From positions 16,029 through 80,028 of the forward strand of contig DRFJ01000053.1 of NCBI GenBank assembly GCA_011050615.1: 64,000 bases of DNA. Direction: 5' to 3'. This DNA is from Bacteroidota bacterium (GTDB lineage: Bacteria; Bacteroidota; Bacteroidia; Bacteroidales; VadinHA17). Below, one piece after another: positions 20,489 to 30,942 of this stretch. Below the pieces are notes generated by a model. The model saw only the letters and a list, made by a program, of their open reading frames with translations, was not told the origin of the DNA and ran no database searches. The translations under genes were made by a program, and so were the position numbers. The first letter of the stretch is position 1; each line of letters begins with the position of its first letter.

Positions 20489-21652
20489 ATGAGTTCAAAA
20501 ATCAATTTATACAGGGTACTGCCTGTTCTGATGTCTTTTTTCGTAATGAGTTTTGTCGACCTGGTTGGCATAGGGGTCGACAGAGTCAGCTCTGATATGG
20601 ATTTGAGTGCAACTGTTGCACAGCTCATCCCCTCTGCTGCCTTCCTCTGGTTTTTCCTCCTTTCGGTACCTGTGGGTGTAATGCAGTCGAGGCTGGGCAA
20701 GAGATTCATGCTTAACATAGGAATGCTCGTTACAGCCATTGGATTATTGGTACCCTTCTTTTTCTATTCCTTTGCCATGGTTCTGACAGGATTTGCCCTT
20801 CTGGGTATAGGCAATACCATAGTGCAGGTATCAGCAAACCCGCTGCTGGTTGATGTAGTCCCCGGCCACAGGGCATCAAGTTTTTTAAGCTTCTCACAGT
20901 TTATTAAAGCAATAGGCTCCATGCTTGGAGCTCCTTTAGCGGCAGTTTTTGCCTCACGGCTCGGTGACTGGAAAATTCTTTTCCTGGTATATGGAATTGT
21001 ATCTATCATAACAGTTTTGTGGCTGGGTTTAGTAAAGATCGATGAATCAAGAGAGGGTGAAATAAAAGCATCTTTTGCATCCGCTTTCAAATTGTTAGGG
21101 AACAAATTTGTCTTATTAATGGTACTGGCAATTTTCGTTGTTGTTGGTGTTGATGTGGGTTTTAATTCCAATTCCGGGCAATTTTTTATTAAGAGCTTCG
21201 GTCTGGAACAAACAGTGGCAGAGTCAGGAAGAAGTGTATACTTCTTTGGAAGAATGCTCGGGACCTTTGGGGGGGCACTGTTGCTTACAAGAATTCCTTC
21301 GCGCAAGTTCAATATCTGGACAAGCATTCTGGGGATTTTGTCTTTTGTGGCCATACTGGTTCTGCGCTCGGAGGCTGCCGCCTGGGTGCTAACATTCTTA
21401 ATAGGTCTTTTTGTGGCCAATATATTTCCCCTTGTATTTTCAATAGCCGTTGAAGAATATCCCGGCAGGAAGAATGAGATCTCAGGATTGATGATGATGG
21501 CCATCTCAGGAGGAGCAGTTATACCGCTGCTGATGGGCTGGGTTACTGATATAAGTACCAATCTTTTTGGAATGGCTGTTCTGCTGGCATGCATGATTTA
21601 CCTGCTGGCAGCCGCCCTCTATGCATTCAGATTTCATGCCGCCAAGTCATAA
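20489..21652 (+). CDS. MFS sugar transporter (FucP/GlcP-like)
   Basis: 387 aa with about 12 TM segments. Sits between a ROK kinase and a sugar-phosphate isomerase. Confidence 0.7.
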   Translation: MSSKINLYRVLPVLMSFFVMSFVDLVGIGVDRVSSDMDLSATVAQLIPSAAFLWFFLLSVPVGVMQSRLGKRFMLNIGMLVTAIGLLVPFFFYSFAMVLTGFALLGIGNTIVQVSANPLLVDVVPGHRASSFLSFSQFIKAIGSMLGAPLAAVFASRLGDWKILFLVYGIVSIITVLWLGLVKIDESREGEIKASFASAFKLLGNKFVLLMVLAIFVVVGVDVGFNSNSGQFFIKSFGLEQTVAESGRSVYFFGRMLGTFGGALLLTRIPSRKFNIWTSILGILSFVAILVLRSEAAAWVLTFLIGLFVANIFPLVFSIAVEEYPGRKNEISGLMMMAISGGAVIPLLMGWVTDISTNLFGMAVLLACMIYLLAAALYAFRFHAAKS

Positions 21653-23419
21653 ATGAAAAAAACTGTAAGAAACACCTCACAGTATCTCCTGCCTCTGGCA
21701 AAAAGGCAGGATCAACAAACTTATTATGATATTTATCCTGTATATACAATTAAAGGGGGAAATATCTTCAGCTCCTTTTCAGACCTGGTATCACTGATTC
21801 CCCGGGAAGGAACCATTGTAATTGATGGTTTTGCCGGTGTTCTTTTCGATGAAATTGCCTGTGACCTGGGAAAATGCTTTATAGAAGACAAAAGACCCCT
21901 GCCCCGGTTCATAAATATTGAGGTTGCATTGAAGCCTGAGGATGAGATTGAAAAACAGGTATCCAAATTTACCGGGGGTGATGATCCACTCTTTGGTACC
22001 AGGACAGATATGGATATCCTGGATTTTTTTGTGAGAGAAAAAATTGAAGAGCTGAGGGAAGAGGGAAGAAATGCTTACAGGATAATTTACGGAACAGGAG
22101 CATCACTGGTTGATAAAAATGCCTTTCTTATTTACATTGATCTTCCAAAGAATGAGGTTCAGTTCAGGTCGAGAGCAGGCTTGAAGACTCATATAGGCTC
22201 TTTCCCGGTCAATCCTAAATATGATTACAAGAGAAATTATTTTGTTGACTGGGTTGTTCAGAGAAGGCATATTAAATCTATACTACCTGAAATAGACATC
22301 TTTATTGATGGGCAAAGACCAGGGGAAATAACATTTATTAAGGGTGTGGACCTGAGATATGCCATGAAGGATATGTCGCATAATGTTTTCAGGGTACGGC
22401 CGTGGTTCGAACCGGGTCCCTGGGGAGGCAACTGGATTAAGGAAAGAATTAGGGGGCTCAACAAGAATGTCGCTAATTATGCCTGGTCATTTGAATTAAT
22501 AAGTCCTGAAAACGGTTTAATCCTTGAAAGCAATGGACTTATGTTGGAATTTTCTTTTGACCTGCTGATGATGCAGGAATCGAAGAATGTTCTTGGAGAT
22601 TGTCATGAAGTTTACGGTGATGAATTTCCTATACGTTTCGATTATCTTGATACCTTTAACGGTGGAAACCTGTCGATTCAGTGCCATCCCCGGCCCGGAT
22701 ACATCAGAAGGGAATTTGGTGAAAATTTCACCCAGGAAGAAGCTTATTATATAATGGATGCCGGGGATGATGCCGTGGTTTTCCTTGGCTTCAGTGAAGG
22801 CATCGATCCTCTTGAGTTCAGGGATGAACTGGAGCAGAGCTACAAAGACAGGGTGCCTGTTAAAATTGACAGGCATGTTCTTACACACCGGTCATCAAAG
22901 CATGATCTGTTCCTTATTCCCTACGGCACCGTACATGGTTCCGGTAAAAATAATCTGGTTCTGGAAATCAGTTCAACACCTTATATTTTTACTTTTAAGA
23001 TGTACGACTGGCTCAGGCCTGACCTGGATGGCCAGCCACGATCTCTTAATATAGGCAGGGCGATGGAGAATCTTTATTTTAACAGGAAGGGTGTTACCGT
23101 GAAGAAGGAATTGTTATGTAAACCCACAGTAATTGCCAGAGGCGATGACTGGTTGCTGGAACACCTCCAGACCCATCCCACACATCTTTATGACATACAC
23201 AGGTATAAATTCAGCAGCAGGATCCTGATAAAGAATGGAAATAAATGTCATGTGCTTAATATCGTCGAAGGAGAGAGTATAATACTTGAAACAGCAAGGG
23301 GCCTAAGAATGCATTTTAATTATGCTGAGACTTTTGTGGTCCCGGCAGCTGCCGGGGAGTATATTCTTAGCAACCAGTCGAGCCGGCCGGCCATGGTGGT
23401 AAAAGCGTTTGTGAAATAA
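21653..23419 (+). CDS. long-form class I mannose-6-phosphate isomerase-like cupin protein
   Basis: 588 aa. Cupin Zn-site region NLSIQCHP resembles the LSIQVHP motif of type I PMI. Its start abuts the MFS stop. Confidence 0.55.
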   Translation: MKKTVRNTSQYLLPLAKRQDQQTYYDIYPVYTIKGGNIFSSFSDLVSLIPREGTIVIDGFAGVLFDEIACDLGKCFIEDKRPLPRFINIEVALKPEDEIEKQVSKFTGGDDPLFGTRTDMDILDFFVREKIEELREEGRNAYRIIYGTGASLVDKNAFLIYIDLPKNEVQFRSRAGLKTHIGSFPVNPKYDYKRNYFVDWVVQRRHIKSILPEIDIFIDGQRPGEITFIKGVDLRYAMKDMSHNVFRVRPWFEPGPWGGNWIKERIRGLNKNVANYAWSFELISPENGLILESNGLMLEFSFDLLMMQESKNVLGDCHEVYGDEFPIRFDYLDTFNGGNLSIQCHPRPGYIRREFGENFTQEEAYYIMDAGDDAVVFLGFSEGIDPLEFRDELEQSYKDRVPVKIDRHVLTHRSSKHDLFLIPYGTVHGSGKNNLVLEISSTPYIFTFKMYDWLRPDLDGQPRSLNIGRAMENLYFNRKGVTVKKELLCKPTVIARGDDWLLEHLQTHPTHLYDIHRYKFSSRILIKNGNKCHVLNIVEGESIILETARGLRMHFNYAETFVVPAAAGEYILSNQSSRPAMVVKAFVK

Positions 23420-23590
23420 ACATTGTCTTAGTCCAGCCCTATATATTAGGGTATAATCGTCCTTTTTCGTAAATTGCCTGCTGAGCATTTATTGGTCATA
23501 ATTATGGCAATACTTTGTACCATGATGCAGCTCAGAAACTTATCCTCGAAGATATACTGAACCAACTTATACAAAAACAAATTATTATCT

Positions 23591-24859
23591 ATGAATGGAA
23601 ATAAGAAAGGCAGGAGGGATTTTATAAAGAAATCTGCTGCTGCTGCATTTGCAGTTACAATCGTTCCCAGGCATGTTCTTGGAGGTAGGGGGTACACTGC
23701 ACCCAGTGATCAGCTTACCAAGGGGATTATTGGAGTAGGAGGAATGGGCCGTGGTCATATACCTTACGAGGGAACAAAAGTACTGGCCCTATGTGATGTT
23801 GACAGCGATCATCTTAGCCTTGCCTTGTCACAGGCGGGGAAGGGGGTGGATACCTACAATGATTTCAGGGATCTGCTGGCCCGGCCCGATATTGATATTG
23901 TGCATATAGCCACACCACCGCACTGGCATGGGATAATGGCAAAAATGGCTGCTGAAGCGGGAAAAGATATCTGGTGCGAAAAACCTATGACCCGAACCAT
24001 CGGGGAAGGGATAGAAGTTGTAAAAGCCGTGAAAAAATATGGACGTATGTTCAGGCTGAATACCTGGTTCAGGTTTAAAGATCAGTTTTATGGACTTGGC
24101 ACAACAGTGAACCGGTTGAAAAAACTGATTGACAGCGGGGCTCTCGGGTGGCCTTTAAAAGTGACAATAAGCGGAAATACGGGTTTTGACTGGAAATTTT
24201 ACTGGAGTGGCGAACATAAGCTTGATCCTGTGCCTGTCCCTGATAACCTTGATTATGATTTTTGGCTTGGCCCGGCTCCGTATAAACCCTACAACCCGGA
24301 ACGGGTACACTCTAAGTTCCGTGGCTACTGGGATTATGATGGGGGAGGATTGGGAGATATGGGACAACATTACCTGGATCCTGTCCAATATATTCTGGGT
24401 AAGGATGACACAGGCCCTGTTTGTATCGAAGTGGATGCTCCACAGCAACATTATGATGCAGTAGGATCATGGAGAAGAATTGAATATACATATGCTGATG
24501 GATGTAAGATAGTGCTTGACGGGGCAAATGCTGACTCTGATGCTGCATATATCGAGGGCCCTTATGGCAAAGTGTTCAAAGGATTCCGGTCAACCATACC
24601 GGGTATTCAGAAACTGATTGAGAGTCTTCCGGAACCGGAGCCTCAGCTTACTGTCTTCAGTGAATCCGTACGCACAAGGAATAAATTTGCTCTCAATGAA
24701 GAAAACGGACACCGATCAGCCACAATAGTAAACCTTGGGGTTATCGCAGTACGACTGGGAAGAAACCTGACCTATGACCCTGTTAAACAACGATTCGTTG
24801 ATGACGAGGGAGCTAACAGGTTGATATATCAGCCTATGAGAGGACCATGGACAATTTAA
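23591..24859 (+). CDS. TAT-exported Gfo/Idh/MocA family oxidoreductase
   Basis: Twin-arginine leader [15 protein letters not shown]. Rossmann segment [12 protein letters not shown] motif in WCEKPM. Confidence 0.8.
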   Translation: MNGNKKGRRDFIKKSAAAAFAVTIVPRHVLGGRGYTAPSDQLTKGIIGVGGMGRGHIPYEGTKVLALCDVDSDHLSLALSQAGKGVDTYNDFRDLLARPDIDIVHIATPPHWHGIMAKMAAEAGKDIWCEKPMTRTIGEGIEVVKAVKKYGRMFRLNTWFRFKDQFYGLGTTVNRLKKLIDSGALGWPLKVTISGNTGFDWKFYWSGEHKLDPVPVPDNLDYDFWLGPAPYKPYNPERVHSKFRGYWDYDGGGLGDMGQHYLDPVQYILGKDDTGPVCIEVDAPQQHYDAVGSWRRIEYTYADGCKIVLDGANADSDAAYIEGPYGKVFKGFRSTIPGIQKLIESLPEPEPQLTVFSESVRTRNKFALNEENGHRSATIVNLGVIAVRLGRNLTYDPVKQRFVDDEGANRLIYQPMRGPWTI

Positions 24860-24870
24860 TATCAGGCATC

Positions 24871-27459
24871 ATGAAAAAAATATTTATCATATCATTTATT
24901 ATAATTGGTTCAGTACTGGGATATGCACAGGATCAGCGCACTACAGAAACAAAAGTAGCCGATCTTCTTGCCAGGATGCCTGTTGATAATCTTGTTGATC
25001 TGAGGATGAAGATGGAGGAGATGACTAAACTTGGGCCGGAAGGCAGGCAACAGATTATTAACATGATAGTACCTCCCGGAAACGGAAATGACACAAGGGC
25101 GAGGTTTGCCATTGAGAGCTACTCCCGGTATCTTTCGGAATACGGCCATGAGCCGGAAAAATATGCCTGGGAATCAGAATGTATTGAGGCTGTTTATGCA
25201 TCGGGATATACCATGGTAAGATCTTTCTTTCTTTCACAGCTCCAATATATGGGAACGGAACGCTCAGTAGAATTTGCTTCGGGTTTCCTGACCGATGCCG
25301 ACATGTGTGAGCCTGCTGTGGCTGTCATTGCTTCCTGTAACTCGCCAAAAAAAGAAGATATTCTTGCCATGAGCCTGCAGATAAAGTCCCTGCCCTGCCC
25401 GGCATCGGTGATGAATGAGCTTGCGGGGATGAAGTCCGATAAGGCTACAACTGAATATATTTTCTGGTATCTCAGGGGCGACGCCGGAATTAAATCGTCA
25501 GCTCTTAATGCCATGGCTGAAAGTGCGCACGAGAATGTATATGCAACTCTGAATGCTGCTGCAGCTGATGCTTCATATGGATGGGATGCAACGGGGGCTA
25601 CCGCTGCCCTGGTGCAGTATGCAAGAAATGTGGGTGATAAAGGAGATGAGAGGACAATGGAGAAAATATGCAGGGAAATTTTCAGCAAGGCTACCGTCCA
25701 ATATAAAACAGCTGCCCTGGAAGCAATGGTTCACTATAAGGGTTACGAAGCTATTGACTACCTTCTTTCGGGATTCGTGTCGGGTGAACTGGAATACCGA
25801 CAAGCCATCCTTAACCTGACAGGGGATATTCCCGGCAAAGCAGCCACAAGGAAATGGATAACCCTGATTAGTGTTGTGGATGAAGAACGTAAAGCCGAAA
25901 TTATAAACATGCTGGGAGAAAGAGGCGATGAACTTGCTGTTTCCACCATAAAAGCCAGTCTTTTCTGCCCCTCTGCCCAGGTTCGCACTGCTTCAGCTAT
26001 GGCACTGGCAAAGTTGCAGGGGAGGGACTCCGTCAGTGAGCTTATAGATTATATAAGATCATATGAAACCGTTGATGACCAGGTAGCGGGTTACCGGGCC
26101 CTTCTGACGGTGCTCGATAGCAAAAAAAGGGACCTCATAGCCGGGGCTCTTGAAGGATCGGGTAATAATACAAAAGCCACCATGTTAATATTACTGGCAT
26201 CAGGTGGAGAGAACAGGTTTTTCAATACTATTATGCAGTATACGTCATCCTTTGACCCAAAACTCAGGACAGTTGCCTTTTCAGAATTGAAAAGCCTGGC
26301 AGGCCCTGATGACCAGGAACTGCTTATTGATCTTATGCTCAATGTATCAGATGAAACCGAGAAAATAGAAGTTCAGATGGCTCTTGTAACTGCAGCAAAT
26401 CAGATCAACAATAAGGAGGAGAGAGCTTCTGTGCTGATTGAAGCAATGAAGAAATCTGATCAAAAGGCCGGATTTATACCTGTTCTTGCTGCCATTGGCG
26501 GTCAGAAAGCCCTTAGTGCTGTTTATGAGGAATTTGAGAAAGGCAATGCGGAAATGCGGGCAGTAACATATGATGCCCTGGCCAGTTGGATCGATTTTAG
26601 TTCTTCCGAAGTATTGTATGATATATGCGCTTCCGGGAATAAGAACTATTCAGAAAAAGCTTTTTATGACTATATAGATAAGGTATATACTGCGCCTGTG
26701 CCTGATAAACAAAAGTTAAGCTTACTCCGGAGAATTGCTCCCTACGCATTCAGGGAGGATCAAAAAACCATCCTTGAGAAAAGGCTGGATTCGGTTAAAG
26801 AATCTATATTAAGTGAAGAGAAAGAGAAGGAGACTGAGAAGGAAACAGTTACCGGCTTTGTTCTCACGGGGCAGGAGAAAAAGGATGGATTCGTGGTCCT
26901 GTTTGACGGGATAACACTTGATAACTGGATTGGGGACAAGGAAACATACGTCGTGGAGGATGGCAATATTGTTGTCAGGCCTGAAAGAGGCAGCGGAGGA
27001 AATCTTTTTACCAGTGATGAATACAGCAATTTTATCTTAAGATTTGAGTTTCAGCTGACCCCGGGAGCAAATAACGGGCTCGGCATCCGTGCCCCTCTTA
27101 CAGGAGATGCTGCCTATGTGGGTATGGAATTGCAAATTATCGATAACACAGCTGAAATTTACTCTAAGCTTCAAGCCTACCAGTACCATGGTTCGGTATA
27201 CGGTGTAATCCCGGCAAAAAAAGGTTTCCTCAAACCTTTGGGTGAATGGAATGAACAGGAAGTAATTGTGGACGGAACAGCCATCAGGGTAATCCTCAAC
27301 GGAACTGTTATAGTTGATGGAGATATAAGCGAAGCAATAAAACATGGAACCATGGATAATCATGACCATCCCGGATTAAAACGCAAAAGTGGACATATTG
27401 GATTTCTTGGGCACGGTTCAGTTGTAAAGTTCAGAAACATAAGGCTTAAGGAACTGTAG
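24871..27459 (+). CDS. secreted HEAT-repeat protein with C-terminal DUF1080 (3-keto-disaccharide hydrolase-like) domain
   Basis: Start taken at MKKIFIISF (signal peptide). A long alpha-helical repeat region is followed by a C-terminal ~200 aa reading [17 protein letters not shown]...[22 protein letters not shown], which is typical of DUF1080. Confidence 0.65.
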   Translation: MKKIFIISFIIIGSVLGYAQDQRTTETKVADLLARMPVDNLVDLRMKMEEMTKLGPEGRQQIINMIVPPGNGNDTRARFAIESYSRYLSEYGHEPEKYAWESECIEAVYASGYTMVRSFFLSQLQYMGTERSVEFASGFLTDADMCEPAVAVIASCNSPKKEDILAMSLQIKSLPCPASVMNELAGMKSDKATTEYIFWYLRGDAGIKSSALNAMAESAHENVYATLNAAAADASYGWDATGATAALVQYARNVGDKGDERTMEKICREIFSKATVQYKTAALEAMVHYKGYEAIDYLLSGFVSGELEYRQAILNLTGDIPGKAATRKWITLISVVDEERKAEIINMLGERGDELAVSTIKASLFCPSAQVRTASAMALAKLQGRDSVSELIDYIRSYETVDDQVAGYRALLTVLDSKKRDLIAGALEGSGNNTKATMLILLASGGENRFFNTIMQYTSSFDPKLRTVAFSELKSLAGPDDQELLIDLMLNVSDETEKIEVQMALVTAANQINNKEERASVLIEAMKKSDQKAGFIPVLAAIGGQKALSAVYEEFEKGNAEMRAVTYDALASWIDFSSSEVLYDICASGNKNYSEKAFYDYIDKVYTAPVPDKQKLSLLRRIAPYAFREDQKTILEKRLDSVKESILSEEKEKETEKETVTGFVLTGQEKKDGFVVLFDGITLDNWIGDKETYVVEDGNIVVRPERGSGGNLFTSDEYSNFILRFEFQLTPGANNGLGIRAPLTGDAAYVGMELQIIDNTAEIYSKLQAYQYHGSVYGVIPAKKGFLKPLGEWNEQEVIVDGTAIRVILNGTVIVDGDISEAIKHGTMDNHDHPGLKRKSGHIGFLGHGSVVKFRNIRLKEL

Positions 27460-27607
27460 TTATTTTAATATAAAGAAATTTATACACTTGTCACCTGTAT
27501 TGCTTGATTGATCAAAACTTTGCCGGGATATTTTGTATTTAGTAATAATAGTGGCAAATTTATATCAAGTTTAAGGGAATCAGGCATTTTTTAAAGCTGA
27601 CTGAAAA

Positions 27608-27964
27608 ATGAAAATTCTGATTTGTGAAGATAACAAACTGGCATCACTGGTAATCTCCACGATGTTGAAAAGAAGGGACTATACTGTTGAGATAGCATCT
27701 GACGGCAATGAAGCCCTGGAAAAGATTACAACGGGAAATCCCGACCTGGTGATTGCAGATATTCATCTTCCATATCATAGTGGGCTGGAACTGGTCAGGT
27801 ATCTGCGGAATGAAATGGAGAGCAAGATCCCTGTTATTATTGTGTCTGCTTTTAGTGACCCGCATGTGCAGGAAAATGCCTGGGAACTGGGAATAAGTGA
27901 TTATTTTGTCAAACCTATTGATAATGAGGCGCTTATTGCCAAAGTCGATTCCCTTTTGAAATAA
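27608..27964 (+). CDS. single-domain response regulator (REC only)
   Basis: 118 aa. Acidic pair ED (7-8), phosphoacceptor in VIADIHLP, IIVSA, and the conserved Lys in FVKP. Confidence 0.85.
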   Translation: MKILICEDNKLASLVISTMLKRRDYTVEIASDGNEALEKITTGNPDLVIADIHLPYHSGLELVRYLRNEMESKIPVIIVSAFSDPHVQENAWELGISDYFVKPIDNEALIAKVDSLLK

Positions 27965-27970
27965 CAGGCT

Positions 27971-29134
27971 ATGAAATATTTGTACATTACTACCGCCCTT
28001 CTGGCAATTTTAATTCTACCGGGCATCACTCAATATGCATCTGCACAGGTAATCCCTGATAATCCGGAAGCAGCTTATGATACCATCCGTACAATAGCAT
28101 ATGAAGGAAGGCTGGAAGAGGCGGAAGCCTTGGCCCGCGACCTGCTCAGGGAGAATCCCGGGTACGGTGATGCCGCAGTTCTTCTGGCAAGAATAATTGC
28201 CTGGCAGGAGAGGTATGAAGATGCCATTGAAATGCTGGATTCACTTCTTGCGGTACAACCGGAACATGAGGATGCAATTGTTGCGAGGGAAACGATAAGC
28301 GAATGGTTTAAGCCAGGTTCAGATAATGAGCGTATGTTACCTGATTCATCTTCAGTAAAATCAGGGGATGTTACCCGGGCGAATGATATTCCTGTCGATA
28401 CCATTGCAAGGGGTGTTGATATTTTTCTGGGATATAATTTTGACACTTTTAAGCAACCTTATTCCAGATTCTGGCAAATCTTCCGGCTTGGTGCCAGATA
28501 TGAAACACCGGTGGGCCCGATACTGGGAACGGTTAATTTCGGTAATCTGCACGCTGCTACTGACCCGCGGATAGTGGAAACAGGCATACAGGTGCAGGGA
28601 GAGTTCTGGCCTGAAATAAGCAATAGGACTTATGCCTGGCTGGCATATGCTTACAGCCCGTTCAAATATTTTCCAAAACACAGGGCTGCAGCAGAATACT
28701 GGCTAAATCTGAATAAGGGGTGGGCAGTTTCAGCAGGAGCATCATATTTCTATTTTGACAGGAATATTATTATACCTGCTCTTTCTGCTGAGAAATATGC
28801 GGGTAAGTACTGGTTTTCAGCCAGGACCTATGTTCACCTGAAGGAGGCAGGGACATCGGCATCAGTTTTCCTGAGTGCCAGAAGATACAGTAATGATACT
28901 GATTATATCCAGCTTACTGCAGGAGCCGGTACGGCACCTGATGAACCATGGGACCTCGCTGTTGACCTCGACAGACAGAAAGCAGCAGCTTTCAAACTCA
29001 TTGTGAATAAGGAATTAAGTGAAAGCTTTACAGTCAAGGTGGGTGCAGGATATTCCCGTGAGCAATACCTGGATGAGCAACAACGTAACAGGTTCGAAGG
29101 ATTCTTAAATATTTATTTTAGCCCACAGAAGTAA
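27971..29134 (+). CDS. TPR + YaiO-family outer-membrane beta-barrel protein
   Basis: Signal peptide and an N-terminal TPR-like helical region. The C-terminal ~250 aa has alternating beta-strand pattern and ends in an aromatic residue (NIYFSPQK), like YaiO-type barrels. Confidence 0.6.
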   Translation: MKYLYITTALLAILILPGITQYASAQVIPDNPEAAYDTIRTIAYEGRLEEAEALARDLLRENPGYGDAAVLLARIIAWQERYEDAIEMLDSLLAVQPEHEDAIVARETISEWFKPGSDNERMLPDSSSVKSGDVTRANDIPVDTIARGVDIFLGYNFDTFKQPYSRFWQIFRLGARYETPVGPILGTVNFGNLHAATDPRIVETGIQVQGEFWPEISNRTYAWLAYAYSPFKYFPKHRAAAEYWLNLNKGWAVSAGASYFYFDRNIIIPALSAEKYAGKYWFSARTYVHLKEAGTSASVFLSARRYSNDTDYIQLTAGAGTAPDEPWDLAVDLDRQKAAAFKLIVNKELSESFTVKVGAGYSREQYLDEQQRNRFEGFLNIYFSPQK

Positions 29135-29136
29135 TT

Positions 29137-30933
29137 ATGAAAATACCGGCTTATCTGATAATGCTGATAATATTAATGCTCCCGGGCAATCATGAGCTAA
29201 AAGCCGGTGGTTTGCTCTCTGGTAAATTGACATACAAGGTTATATCAGAAAACCATCCCGGAGAAAACACTCCAAATACACTTTTTCACAGTTTAACTGA
29301 ACAACGCATTATCATACCCCGGAGAGGTTATGCAATTCAACTCGGAGCATTTAAGAATTATAAAAATGCTGAAAAGTTGAAGAATTCAATTGAGGAAGTC
29401 CTGCCCTGGATGTTTGAAACTAAAAACCTGGAGATTGTTATTGAAGATGAATTTTATAAGGTAAGGCTATTTACATTTAAGGACAGGGAAGAGGTTAATG
29501 AAGCCCTAACCGTGCTGGCCAGTCATGAAATAATTGACTATCAACTAGTCTGGTTAAGAACTGATCAGCAACAGGTCCTCTTAAAGGAGAGTCAGGAGTC
29601 AGCAAATGTCTCAGCAGGGAGAACAGTCAGGGCTTCCCGCCGGGATCTGAGTCCGGCCAATCCCCCGGATACAATTTCAGGAATAGATCAATCATTAGTG
29701 AGAGAAATTATTGACAGGATCCTGTATTCTTTATATGGTGATTCGGTAAAGATACCCTTTCAGAGGGATGAGGAAATAATATTTCCGGGTTTCAGGTCTA
29801 TGATAAGCGGAGATGCAATTTCTGGAAGTGAGGGTGTTTTTGATGCACATAACCCGTGGCTTAAGAGATTCGACTACTTTGGCAAATCGATTACCCTGGT
29901 GGCCTTCCTTATCGTTATAATTATCCTGTCAACAGGCACCATGGTGGTTTTACTGGTTATTATTTTGCTGAACAGGCGCAGGATGGAAAGGAGGGAAAAA
30001 CTTAACCAGTACCTTCTTGAGAATTACCAGCAACTTATTATTAGTTACCTCTATGGTGAGGCTGATCTGGAAATGTTCAGGGAAATTGCTTCAAACAGAT
30101 ACCGAAGGCAGGTTTTGATTGATCAGATGAAGGATGTTGCCGTAAACCTGAAAGGTGATTCATGGGGGAAGCTCAGGTCATTATACCTCGAACTGGGACT
30201 TGATTATGACTCTGTATGCAGGGCTAATGCCAGGAGGTGGCATATAAAGATAAAAGGTTTCCGGGAGCTTGCCTTTATGAATATCAAGGATGCTAATAAT
30301 GAAATATACAGGTCCCTGAACTCCCATAATGAAATACTGAGGATGGAGGCACAGATAGCTCTCGTGAGGCTCAGTGAGGATAAACCGTTTGAATTTTTGT
30401 ACCATCTTAAAAGACCTTTCTCCTTATGGGAACAGATATCCTTGCATGAACTGATAGTCCAGCATTCTATCGAAGTACCTCTGTTTAACCAGTGGATAGA
30501 TTCACCCAATGACACGGTGGTTATGTTTGCACTAAGGATGATAAGGGAATTCCGGCAAAATGAAACAGAAGATGATGTAAGAAGGGTTCTGGGACATCCC
30601 AATGAGGATGTACGGGGACTGGTCATAAAGGTAGCCGGTGATTTGAAGATGAAAAGCACACTGGGAGTAATGAAACGTATGTATAAAAACGAGGATTACA
30701 ATAATTCCCTGGAGATACTCAGGTCAATGGGTAAAATGCCCGACGAGTCATACCTTGGTTTCCTTAAGCTGGTGCTGGACAAGGAGGATGACGTGCAATT
30801 GCAGATTGAGGCAACCAAGGCAATTGAAAACATGGGTGAACCGGGTATAAAGGAACTTGTGAAACTCATGAAATCTGAATATAAGAATTATAATATTATT
30901 ATCAGGCATGTGCTCGATCGTAGGATTTATTAA
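29137..30933 (+). CDS. SPOR domain - single TM - HEAT-repeat protein
   Basis: N-terminal signal/anchor. SPOR-like block GYAIQLGAFKNYKNAEKLKNSIE...FYKVRLFTFKDREEVNEAL. TM segment ITLVAFLIVIIILSTGTMVVLLVIILL, followed by a cytoplasmic helical-repeat region of about 320 aa. Confidence 0.55.
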   Translation: MKIPAYLIMLIILMLPGNHELKAGGLLSGKLTYKVISENHPGENTPNTLFHSLTEQRIIIPRRGYAIQLGAFKNYKNAEKLKNSIEEVLPWMFETKNLEIVIEDEFYKVRLFTFKDREEVNEALTVLASHEIIDYQLVWLRTDQQQVLLKESQESANVSAGRTVRASRRDLSPANPPDTISGIDQSLVREIIDRILYSLYGDSVKIPFQRDEEIIFPGFRSMISGDAISGSEGVFDAHNPWLKRFDYFGKSITLVAFLIVIIILSTGTMVVLLVIILLNRRRMERREKLNQYLLENYQQLIISYLYGEADLEMFREIASNRYRRQVLIDQMKDVAVNLKGDSWGKLRSLYLELGLDYDSVCRANARRWHIKIKGFRELAFMNIKDANNEIYRSLNSHNEILRMEAQIALVRLSEDKPFEFLYHLKRPFSLWEQISLHELIVQHSIEVPLFNQWIDSPNDTVVMFALRMIREFRQNETEDDVRRVLGHPNEDVRGLVIKVAGDLKMKSTLGVMKRMYKNEDYNNSLEILRSMGKMPDESYLGFLKLVLDKEDDVQLQIEATKAIENMGEPGIKELVKLMKSEYKNYNIIIRHVLDRRIY

Positions 30934-30942
30934 TAAAATATA

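Noticed and set aside
20764-21594. 276-aa minus-strand ORF
   Set aside because: It is antisense to the 12-TM MFS transporter gene. The translation has no recognisable features and has the skewed composition expected from reading a membrane-protein gene backwards.
25194-25688. 164-aa minus-strand ORF, plus several 60-120-aa ORFs inside 24871-27459
   Set aside because: These are shadow ORFs within the HEAT/DUF1080 gene, with no independent support.
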